From the NCBI GenBank assembly GCA_044226625.1, contig JBGAGQ010000005.1:32001-96000 (forward strand): a stretch of 64,000 nucleotides of DNA, written 5' to 3'. The position numbers and the translations under genes were made by a program. Below, one piece after another: positions 11,240-19,264 of this stretch. How positions within the stretch are numbered: the stretch's first letter is position 1; each line of letters starts with the position of its first letter. Source of the DNA: Thermoanaerobaculia bacterium. Its GTDB lineage: Bacteria > Acidobacteriota > Thermoanaerobaculia > Multivoradales > UBA5704. The notes below the pieces were generated by a model. It searched no databases, was not told the DNA's origin, and was given only the letters and a program-made list of their open reading frames with translations.

Positions 11240-14038
11240 ATGGCGAGCGTGTTCATCTCCTACAGCCACGTGGACGAGGTGTGGAAAGACCGCCTCCTCC
11301 GCCACTTCCGCGTCTTCGAGCGGCAGGGACTCGCGTTCTCCGCCTGGCAGGACCGCGAAATTCCGGGAGGCGGAGACTGGGAGGCGGAGATCCGCAAGGC
11401 GATGGCCGGGGCGGATGCCGCGGTGCTGCTGGTTTCGGCCGACTCGCTCGGGTCGAAGTTCATCAACGAGGTGGAGGTGCCGTACCTGCTCGGTCGCCGA
11501 GAAAGGGACGGGCTGCCGTTCATTCCGATTGTGGTAGCGCCCTGCAATTGGAAGGACCTACCGTGGCTCCAAAAGCTGAACTTGCGCCCCCGGGACGGGC
11601 ATCCCCTCTCGGGCGGAACCGATCACGAAATCGAGGACCAACTCGCGGCGATCGCGGCTGAGGTTTTCCGCCTCGCCACGAAGGTCCCGGGAACATCGGG
11701 CGGTCCGACTCGGGGAGGGGCCGTCGCCACCCGCGCCGACTGGCGTCTTGTCCATCCGTACGGCATGCCGCCGAACTTCACCGGGCGAGTGGCGGAACGT
11801 GGGCAGCTTACCGAGTGGGTGGAGGAGAACGGCCCGGCCCTGCTGGTGCTCCGGGCGCTGGGTGGCTTCGGCAAAAGCGCGCTCGCCTGGCATTGGTTGA
11901 TGAACGACGTCAATCCCTGCCGCTGGACGCGGGTGGTCTGGTGGAGTTTTTACGACGATTCCTCCTTCAATGAGTTTCTACGCGAGGTCCTGGGCTATCT
12001 CGGTGTGAATGCGGATGCGCTCTCCATTCGGGATGGAGTTCGCCAGTTGGTTGATCTGCTCCGCCGCTCGCCGGTCCTCCTCGTCCTCGACGGCTTCGAG
12101 CGTGCGCTGCGAGCATTCGCGCGGTTGGATGCCGCTTACCATTTGGACGAAGAGGAAAAGCTTTTGGGTAAGGAGGAAGACCGAGACTGCGTGAGCCTGG
12201 CGTCGGATGCGTTCCTTCGAACAGTGTCTTCCTTGCCGGGACTCGCAGGGCGCGTAATCCTAACAACGCGCCTCCGTCCGCGGCCGGTGGAGACGCGTGT
12301 GGGCGAGGTTCTTGCCGGATGTCGAGAGATCGAGCTGACAGCGCTGAGCAAAGCGGACGCAGTGGACTTCTTTCACGCGGAAGGCATCCGAGGCACGCGT
12401 GCCGAGATCGAAGCAGTCTGCGGTAGCTACGGCTTCCATCCCTTGAGTCTGCGTCTCCTGGCAGGGTTGATCGTGAAGGATTTCCGGAACCCACGAGACA
12501 TCGCCGTTGCCCAGCGGCTGGATGTTTCGGGCGATCTGGTCCAACGCAAACATCACGTCCTGGAACAGTCATACAAGAGCCTTCCCGTCAAAGACAGGCG
12601 CCTACTCTCGCGGATCGCCTGCTTTCGCGGCGCGGTGGACTACAAGGCGCTTTACGCAGCGGCGGGTGGCCTCGCGGAGAACGAAGTCGAGATCATCCTC
12701 AAGGATCTCCTCGAGCGGGGCTTGCTTCACCACGAGGAGCGCGATGGCCGCTTCGATCTACATCCCATTGTTCGGCGTTACTCCTATGACCGGCTGGGAA
12801 TGGAAGAAAAGGAAGACGCTCACAGGCGCCTCCGCGATTACTTCGCCGCGGTGCCTCCGCTCGAGAAGGTCAAGACCCTTACCGACCTCGCTCCAATGAT
12901 TGAGCGTTACCATCACATGGTACGGGCGGGAGACCTTGACAGAGCGCACGAGTTATTCCGCGATCGACTCCATGAAGAATTGTACTATCAGCTCGGCGCC
13001 TACGAGTCATGCATTGAACTCCTGCGCGCACTCCTCCCCGATGGCGGAGAATTCCAACCCCGCCTTACCAAGGAGATTGATCAGGGCTGGACACTGATTA
13101 CCCTCGCCAACTCTTACAGCCTTTCTGGTCAGCCGAAGTGGGCGCTTCCTCTTTTCGAACAGGCAGTGGCGCTCGTCCAGCGTCCGGGAGAGGAACGGAA
13201 CCTAGCAATCGCGCTTGGGAACCTAGCGTTCATGTCTCAGCATCGAATTGGTGCTTTCAGATCTGGCGAGGTCAATATTCGGCGAAGTATCGAGCTCTTC
13301 CGAGAACTCGGCGACACGCTGTATGCAGCATTTGGCTGCCAGGAGCTTGGTCGGATGCTCGGTTTTCGTGGATATTGGGAGGCAGCTGAGAACGAACTGG
13401 CGGAAGCGTTCTTGGAATTCGAAAAGAGCGAGCATGCTCAGAGGCAAGGATTTGTTTGGGCTAATCGTGCCCTTCTTTCCCTTCAGCGCCTTCGGGCAGA
13501 CGTGTCCGATAGTCAAGAAAAAATACGCCAGAGTGCCCTATTAGCCGCCCGCAGTGCCCTTGAGATGGCGAACGTATCTGCAAGGGCGGACGGCCCAAAG
13601 GAGCGCGACTTCGTCCAAGCCCACTGGCTGCTTGGCGCCGCCCTGGGCGAGAACAGAGACATCGGGCAAGCAGACCGGCATCTAACCGAAGCGCTGGAGC
13701 GCTGCCGTCGAATCAACCTCGTCGAGAAAGAAGCAGACATCCTGATCGAACTCGGCCGCCTTCGGCGGCTGCACGGTGAAAAGGCGGAAGCTCGGCGGTT
13801 AGGAGAGGAGGCGTCAGGGATCGCCGAGCGGTGCGGCTACGTGCTCCAAGGCGCCGACGCCCATCTTCTTCTCGCAGCCGTGGACCGCGACGCGGGAGAT
13901 CACGCCTCATCCTGCGAGCATGCTCTGGAAGCCAAACGCCTCGCGACCTGCGACGGCCCGCCCGATTACACGTATAAGGTGGCCTACGACGAGGCCGTAG
14001 CGATGCTAGCGGAGGGGGCACCTCCCGGCGCCCCCTAA
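11240..14038 (+). CDS. TIR - STAND (NB-ARC/NACHT-like) NTPase - winged helix - TPR protein
   Basis: VFISYSH TIR start; FTGR, Walker A LGGFGKSALA, Walker B LLVLDGFE, ILTTR, HPLSLRL, LHPIVR motifs; helical TPR C-terminus. Alternative ATG at 11225. Confidence 0.85.
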   Translation: MASVFISYSHVDEVWKDRLLRHFRVFERQGLAFSAWQDREIPGGGDWEAEIRKAMAGADAAVLLVSADSLGSKFINEVEVPYLLGRRERDGLPFIPIVVAPCNWKDLPWLQKLNLRPRDGHPLSGGTDHEIEDQLAAIAAEVFRLATKVPGTSGGPTRGGAVATRADWRLVHPYGMPPNFTGRVAERGQLTEWVEENGPALLVLRALGGFGKSALAWHWLMNDVNPCRWTRVVWWSFYDDSSFNEFLREVLGYLGVNADALSIRDGVRQLVDLLRRSPVLLVLDGFERALRAFARLDAAYHLDEEEKLLGKEEDRDCVSLASDAFLRTVSSLPGLAGRVILTTRLRPRPVETRVGEVLAGCREIELTALSKADAVDFFHAEGIRGTRAEIEAVCGSYGFHPLSLRLLAGLIVKDFRNPRDIAVAQRLDVSGDLVQRKHHVLEQSYKSLPVKDRRLLSRIACFRGAVDYKALYAAAGGLAENEVEIILKDLLERGLLHHEERDGRFDLHPIVRRYSYDRLGMEEKEDAHRRLRDYFAAVPPLEKVKTLTDLAPMIERYHHMVRAGDLDRAHELFRDRLHEELYYQLGAYESCIELLRALLPDGGEFQPRLTKEIDQGWTLITLANSYSLSGQPKWALPLFEQAVALVQRPGEERNLAIALGNLAFMSQHRIGAFRSGEVNIRRSIELFRELGDTLYAAFGCQELGRMLGFRGYWEAAENELAEAFLEFEKSEHAQRQGFVWANRALLSLQRLRADVSDSQEKIRQSALLAARSALEMANVSARADGPKERDFVQAHWLLGAALGENRDIGQADRHLTEALERCRRINLVEKEADILIELGRLRRLHGEKAEARRLGEEASGIAERCGYVLQGADAHLLLAAVDRDAGDHASSCEHALEAKRLATCDGPPDYTYKVAYDEAVAMLAEGAPPGAP

Positions 14039-14052
14039 AGCTCGACCGGCGA

Positions 14053-15243
14053 TCAGTAGTCGATGTACCCGTCCCGCGTCCGCACCCGGACTCCCGAAGC
14101 CTTCACGCGGACGTCGACCTTGTGCCAGCGGCCGTCGTTCTTGTTCGAGGTGCAGTAGTAGGAGAGGGCGTACTGCTCGCGGAGCTCTTCGAGGATGCCT
14201 CGGAAGGCGGAGGTGAAGTCTTCGTTCTTGGCGATGCGGACGATGCGGCCGCCGCTTTCGTCGATTGCCTTTTCGAGCTGGTCGAACTCGCGGTCGTTCG
14301 CCTTCCAGTTGCGCCACGCGGAGGTGAAGGACTTGTGTTTTCCGTCATCGTCGAGAGCGATCCAGTAGATCAGCGCTTGGCTCACCCGTGCCTCGCGGAG
14401 GACTTCCGACATCGGCAGCACGCTGTGGATGTCGGAGCCGTCGGAAAGCAGGACGACGACGCGGCGGCCCTGGTGCGATTCGAGGATTTTGAGCCCGGCG
14501 AAGAGGTAGTCGTTCACCGCCGAGCCGCCCGCCGCCTCGACCTTTTCCAGAGTCTTGTTGAGCAGAGCCTGGTCGTTCGTGATCGGCGTGCTCGCCATCA
14601 GGCGATCGGAGAACAGGAGGACGCTCGCCTGGTCCTCCGGGCGCATGCCCGCGACGAAGGCGCGCGCGCCCTTGAGCGCCGCGTCGATCCGCTCGCCGCG
14701 CATGCTCTCGCTGCTGTCGATCAGGAGGACCGCCGAGAGCGGCAGCTCGCCACGGTCGAAGGCGACCAGCTCCTGCTCCTGCCCATTGTCGAAGATCCGG
14801 AAATCGCTCGGGTTCAGGTTGAGCACCCGCTGGCGGTCGCGGAGCACGGTGGCGTAGAGCTGCTGCAGCTCGAGGTCGAGCCGCTCGTCGATCTGCACCG
14901 GCGAGGTGGTGAGGGCGTCTGAAGCGCTTGAGCCGGAGGCGCCGTAGGCGACGACCCGAAACTCGCGCGCAACGTTCTGGTCGCCGGCGTTCCAGGTCAA
15001 CTTGTACGGAGGCGTCGCGACCGAACCGACCGAGCGGCCGCCGACGAAGAACTCCACCCGGGAGATCGGCTCGTTGCCCGCGACCGCCGCGGTGAGCTCC
15101 GTGGGACCGAAGACCGGTTGGCCGGGCTCGGGGCTGGTGATCTTCACCTGGATCGTCGCGAAGGCGGCCTGGGCGGCGCCGAGCGCGCCAAGCCCGCAGA
15201 GCAGGAGACGAAGCGTGAGGGCGAGGTGGGGGGAACGATTCAT
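14053..15243 (-). CDS. Secreted Ig-like + VWA domain protein (acidobacterial VWFA-related type)
   Basis: Signal peptide; Ig-like N-terminus; MIDAS DSSESM, LSDGSD; C-terminal ELREQYALSY...DGRWHKVDVRV...RTRDGY. Confidence 0.85.
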   Translation of the reverse strand: MNRSPHLALTLRLLLCGLGALGAAQAAFATIQVKITSPEPGQPVFGPTELTAAVAGNEPISRVEFFVGGRSVGSVATPPYKLTWNAGDQNVAREFRVVAYGASGSSASDALTTSPVQIDERLDLELQQLYATVLRDRQRVLNLNPSDFRIFDNGQEQELVAFDRGELPLSAVLLIDSSESMRGERIDAALKGARAFVAGMRPEDQASVLLFSDRLMASTPITNDQALLNKTLEKVEAAGGSAVNDYLFAGLKILESHQGRRVVVLLSDGSDIHSVLPMSEVLREARVSQALIYWIALDDDGKHKSFTSAWRNWKANDREFDQLEKAIDESGGRIVRIAKNEDFTSAFRGILEELREQYALSYYCTSNKNDGRWHKVDVRVKASGVRVRTRDGYIDY

Positions 15244-16364
15244 CGCGCCACCCCGTCCGCGGCGGGGGCCGCGCTGACGCCGGAGGAGAGCGAAGAGGCG
15301 AGCGTCACCAAGCGGACCTTTCCCGCCGGTTCGACCACCCGGTCCGAGTCGTCGAACAGCTCGTCGGAGAAGCGGTTGTAGCGATAGCGTGAGTCGTCGC
15401 CCGGATCCGCGCCGATCTCGGCGAGGCGGTCGAGCACCGAGCGAGCTTCCTGTTGCGCCCCCTTGGCGTCCAGCACCGAGGCGAGCTGGAGCGTCAGCCG
15501 CGCCGAACCCGGGAATTTCTGGAGCGCCGCACGCAGGACCTTCTCGGCCTGCTCCGGGCGCTTGGCATCGACCTCGATCCGCGCGAGCTCCTGAGCCGCG
15601 AGCAGGCCGATCCAGGGCGCCGGGGGTACCTCGGCGAGGGGTGCCAGGAGCTTCTTCGCGTCCCCTCCGCGATCGAGGCGCGCGAGGCAGATGGCGAGGC
15701 GAAGGGCGGCTTCGGGATATTTCGAGAGGCTTTGCGGATCGCCCGAGCGCATCCTCTCGATCGCCGCGATCGCGTCCTCATAATTGCCGTTCTTTTCGAA
15801 CACGGTGGCGAGGCCGAGCAGCGAGACGCTGTTGCGTGCGTCGGCCTGCGCGGCGAGCTCGAACAGCTTCGCGGCTTGGAACGAGTCGGTCGAGACGCTG
15901 CCCAGACGGGAGATCAGGCGGCTCGCGAGCGCCGACGCTTCGGGGGTATCGACGTATTTCTTATAGAGGAGGGCTAGGTCGAGGGCGATCGTGCGGTCGT
16001 GGGTCGCAACCTGCGCGGCGCCGATGCCGCCGTGCTTCGTGTAGTAGCGGTAGGCCTCTTGGTGAAGGACCGACAGCGGAACCAGGACTTCGAGGTCGAC
16101 GGCGGCCACTTCGGAGATCACCCGCTGCTCGGCCTTGTGCAGCACCTCGCGGGTCTGCGGCGCTTCGTCGGAGATGATCGACGATTCGAACTTGACCAGC
16201 TCGGGCACAGCCCGCGCGTCGCCTGCCGCCCAGAGGCCGAGGACGGCGCGATACCCGCCTTCGAGGAGCGCCGGGTCTAGATCCGCCGCTCGGGCTCCCC
16301 CGGAAGTCAACAAGCAAAGAACGATCAGAGGCGCCCAGTTTGTGCGCGAGCGGTAAACAGCCAT
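15240..16364 (-). CDS. Secreted TPR protein
   Basis: Signal peptide after MAVYRS; TPR-like helices; stop overlaps the VWA gene start. Confidence 0.7.
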   Translation of the reverse strand: MAVYRSRTNWAPLIVLCLLTSGGARAADLDPALLEGGYRAVLGLWAAGDARAVPELVKFESSIISDEAPQTREVLHKAEQRVISEVAAVDLEVLVPLSVLHQEAYRYYTKHGGIGAAQVATHDRTIALDLALLYKKYVDTPEASALASRLISRLGSVSTDSFQAAKLFELAAQADARNSVSLLGLATVFEKNGNYEDAIAAIERMRSGDPQSLSKYPEAALRLAICLARLDRGGDAKKLLAPLAEVPPAPWIGLLAAQELARIEVDAKRPEQAEKVLRAALQKFPGSARLTLQLASVLDAKGAQQEARSVLDRLAEIGADPGDDSRYRYNRFSDELFDDSDRVVEPAGKVRLVTLASSLSSGVSAAPAADGVAR

Positions 16365-16485
16365 GTCGGATTTCCCCCGTAATGAGACGGGGAAAGAATC
16401 TCGCAATTCGGAAGGGCTCGCAACCGCCTGGGGACCGGGCCGGCCCGGAGTGCCGCCAAAGCCCGGGGAGGAGGGATGGCCGGCG

Positions 16486-16509
16486 AAAGGGGAGCGATCG
16501 CTCCCCTTT
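16486..16509. terminator. Perfect 24-bp palindrome, probable terminator of the TPR gene
   Basis: AAAGGGGAGC-GATC-GCTCCCCTTT, about 20 nt past the 16528 stop. Confidence 0.65.
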
Positions 16510-16527
16510 GGCGCATACCGGTCGAAG

Positions 16528-17835
16528 CTAGATGCTCAAATTCTCCTGCCGGCGCAAACGGCCGGACACCCTGCGGAGCAGTCGCGCGAGCTCGGACGTC
16601 GCTCGCTCGTGATCGATCGCCCGGCGCAGGACGAGCAGCGCTGCCACCGCCTCGCGGCGAATGCCGAGCGCTCGGAAGGTCTCGAGGATCTCTTCGACGC
16701 TCTCGAGAATCTCGGCGGTCCGTCCCTGCTGGAGCCAGAGCATCGCGAGATCGAGCGAAACCACGGCAGCTTCGATCGGCAGGCCGCGGCTCTCGAATTC
16801 GTCGTGGACCTCCCAGAGGCCGAGCTCGGCCGCTTCGAGGTCGCCGCGGCCCGCTTCGATCCGCCCTTCGAGCCAGCGCAGCTTCAACTGGTTGATCGCC
16901 GTCCCGCGCTGCTCGTACAGCGCCCGGCTCGCGGCGATCCAATGGGCGGCCTGTTCGTAGGCGCCCGCCTCGACCGCGCCGATCAAAAGGTTGTGGATCG
17001 CCGACAGGGCGAGGGCCGGCTCGCGGCTTGGGTCGATCTGCGCCAGGCCGTGGGCGATGTACCGGCTCGACTCCTCGAACTCGTTTTCATAGAGGAGCGC
17101 GATGCCGTGGCTGATCAGCGCGCGACCGGCGAGATGGCGCTCGCCCGCCGCCCGATGCAGCTCGTAGATCTCTTCGAGAAGCCGGCAGGCCTCGCGGAAC
17201 CGGCGCTGCGAGATGCGGAGCGACGCGGTGAGGTCGAGGATGCGGGCGTACAGCTGGCGGTCTCCGGTACCGCGCTCGGCGCGAAGCAGCGCCTCGGCGA
17301 ACGCGCTCTCCGAGCCCTGGACGTCGGCCGCGATGCGGAGGGCGTTGCCGAGCTCGGACCAGGCGCGCGCCTGGAAGTCGGCGCGATCGGCGGGGCTGCC
17401 GTCGGCGGAGCCGAGCGAGTCGGCCAGGTGGGCCGCCAGGCGGGCGAGGGTGACCATGCCGGCCGGATCGCTCGCGCGCAGGGCCCAGCTCTCGACCAGC
17501 AGGGTCGTGCAGCGCTCCCGTCCCTTGGTCAGAGGCGAGGCGAGGCGCGCCTGCTCGGCGAGCTCGATCTCGCGGTTCCTCTCGGAGATCTCCCGACGCG
17601 CCGAGGCGACGGCGCGATCGATCGGTCGATCGTAGGCCGACAGGTCGAAGGTCGGCTGCTCGCGCAGGGGGTGAAAGACCGAGCGGACCATGGGGGCGAG
17701 GAGATCCGCGCAGTGCGCGCAGCCGCGCAGGAGATGGGCGATGATCGGCTTGCCTTCACGGGGCGAGAGCTCGGCGCGCAGAAATGCCCAGAGTCGCTCC
17801 GGCTCCGGATGGGTCGTTTGAGATTCGAAGCTCAT
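16528..17835 (-). CDS. Cytoplasmic TPR protein with N-terminal ZAS-like zinc-finger (H-x24-H-x4-C-x2-C)
   Basis: HPEPERLWAFL...IIAHLLRGCAHC; rest is TPR helices (ARAWSELGNALRI, LAGRALISHG, LRWLEGRI, AAVVSLDLA); no signal or TM segment. Confidence 0.75.
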   Translation of the reverse strand: MSFESQTTHPEPERLWAFLRAELSPREGKPIIAHLLRGCAHCADLLAPMVRSVFHPLREQPTFDLSAYDRPIDRAVASARREISERNREIELAEQARLASPLTKGRERCTTLLVESWALRASDPAGMVTLARLAAHLADSLGSADGSPADRADFQARAWSELGNALRIAADVQGSESAFAEALLRAERGTGDRQLYARILDLTASLRISQRRFREACRLLEEIYELHRAAGERHLAGRALISHGIALLYENEFEESSRYIAHGLAQIDPSREPALALSAIHNLLIGAVEAGAYEQAAHWIAASRALYEQRGTAINQLKLRWLEGRIEAGRGDLEAAELGLWEVHDEFESRGLPIEAAVVSLDLAMLWLQQGRTAEILESVEEILETFRALGIRREAVAALLVLRRAIDHERATSELARLLRRVSGRLRRQENLSI

Positions 17836-17904
17836 CGAGTTGCTCCAGAACTGTCCCACCAGCGATTGAAGGATCTCACGAAATGTCCGGCCGCGTCACA
17901 ACGA

Positions 17905-17938
17905 AATCGAGATCGATCGAAATCGATCGATCTCGATT
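17905..17938. promoter_or_regulatory. 16-bp perfect inverted repeat (operator or RNA hairpin) between small-peptide and TPR genes
   Basis: AATCGAGATCGATCGA-AA-TCGATCGATCTCGATT. Confidence 0.6.
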
Positions 17939-17988
17939 CGGACCGCGACTCCGCCGAGCCTTTCGATCTCAAGGGATCCACTTGGATC

Positions 17989-18282
17989 TCAATGGACGGT
18001 TGGCGCGGACGGATTGGCGGACGCGTCGTGCGACGGCTGAAGCGGCACGTCGTTCGGGTCGATGGCGATGCCGTACTCGCCCCAGATCGAGGTGGCGGCC
18101 GACCGGCCCGTGTCCCATAGAGAGCCGAGCCAATGCGAGAGGGCGCTGGTGATCACCTCGGAAAAAGACGAATCCGCCGAAGCCGACAACGGCCGGCCCT
18201 CGAACGGAGCCGCCCAGGAGGGAGCCGAACCGAGGAACAACAACATCGCGAGTACCAGGGATCCCTTCGACTTGCTCGACAT
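17989..18282 (-). CDS. Small secreted protein / putative signalling pro-peptide (97 aa)
   Basis: GGAGGAG RBS then ATG at 18282; signal peptide MSSKSKGSLVLAMLLFLGSAPSWA; Trp-rich amphipathic segment; WGEYGIAIDPN core. Confidence 0.7.
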   Translation of the reverse strand: MSSKSKGSLVLAMLLFLGSAPSWAAPFEGRPLSASADSSFSEVITSALSHWLGSLWDTGRSAATSIWGEYGIAIDPNDVPLQPSHDASANPSAPTVH

Positions 18283-18458
18283 CGCGCAACTCCTCCCGCA
18301 GACCGGCCGGCCAGTTCCGACGTGGCGCGGAAAAATTCTACGTTCTGAGAAATGGGGTGCGGCCGCAAGCCATTCCGTGACAAGCAAATCGGCGCGAACG
18401 CAACGACGAAGCGACTTGGGTCAAATCTCCCGGGCCAGGGCGTTTTGCCCTGGCCTGA

Positions 18459-19127
18459 TCAGGTCGTTTTGGTCGCCAGCGGGTGGCGGACGTCACGCCC
18501 GTCGACGAAGTAGACGACATCTTCGCCGATGTTGGTCGCGTGGTCGGCGATCCGTTCCAGGTTGCGCGAGATCAGCAGCAGGTGGAGCGCCCGGCTGACC
18601 GTCTTCGGATCCTCGATCATGAAAGTCAGCAGCTCGCGGAAGATCTGCTTGTAGAGCGCGTCCACCTCGTCGTCCCGCCGACAGACCGCCTGCGCCAGCT
18701 CGGAATCACGCCGCACCAGGGCGTCGAGACTCTGGCGGACCATCTCCTGGACCAGCCGAGAGAGGTGGGGCAGGTCGATATACGGCTTGAGCGGCGGCTG
18801 GTCGACCAGCTGCTCGACCGACTGGGCGATGTTGACCGCCGAATCGCCGATTCGCTCGAGGTCGCTGTTGATCTTCATCACCGCGACCAGGAACCGCAGG
18901 TCGATCGCGATCGGCTGGCGCAGGGAGAGCGCCGCATGGCAGAGCTCGTCGATCTCGATCTCCATCCGGTCGATGTCCTGATCGCTCGCGATCACCTGGC
19001 GACAGAGCTCGCGGTCGCGCTCGAGCAGCGCCCGAGTCGCTCGCGCGACCATCTCCTCGACCTTGCCTCCCATGCGCAAGAGACTTTGGCGAATGCGGTC
19101 GAGGTCTTGATCCAATCGGCGTTCCAT
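18459..19127 (-). CDS. phoU: Phosphate signalling complex protein PhoU
   Basis: QPIAIDLR, DLERIGD, RDDEVDALY, LERIADHATNI motifs; start MERRLDQ with AGGAG RBS. Confidence 0.95.
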   Translation of the reverse strand: MERRLDQDLDRIRQSLLRMGGKVEEMVARATRALLERDRELCRQVIASDQDIDRMEIEIDELCHAALSLRQPIAIDLRFLVAVMKINSDLERIGDSAVNIAQSVEQLVDQPPLKPYIDLPHLSRLVQEMVRQSLDALVRRDSELAQAVCRRDDEVDALYKQIFRELLTFMIEDPKTVSRALHLLLISRNLERIADHATNIGEDVVYFVDGRDVRHPLATKTT

Positions 19128-19215
19128 GCCTTCTCCTGAACGTTCGGGCGAAGCCAACCGAGCCCAACGGCCGATCATGGTACTCCGCCGCCCGCCGCGG
19201 GGAAACCTCCGGGAG

Positions 19216-19233
19216 GTGAATCCCGCGTGACAG
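19216..19233 (-). promoter_or_regulatory. Putative Pho box upstream of phoU
   Basis: Minus strand CTGTCAC-GCGG-GATTCAC, half-sites 11 bp apart. Confidence 0.45.
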
Positions 19234-19264
19234 CGGGGTGGCAAACCGACTCGGAGGGGATCCC

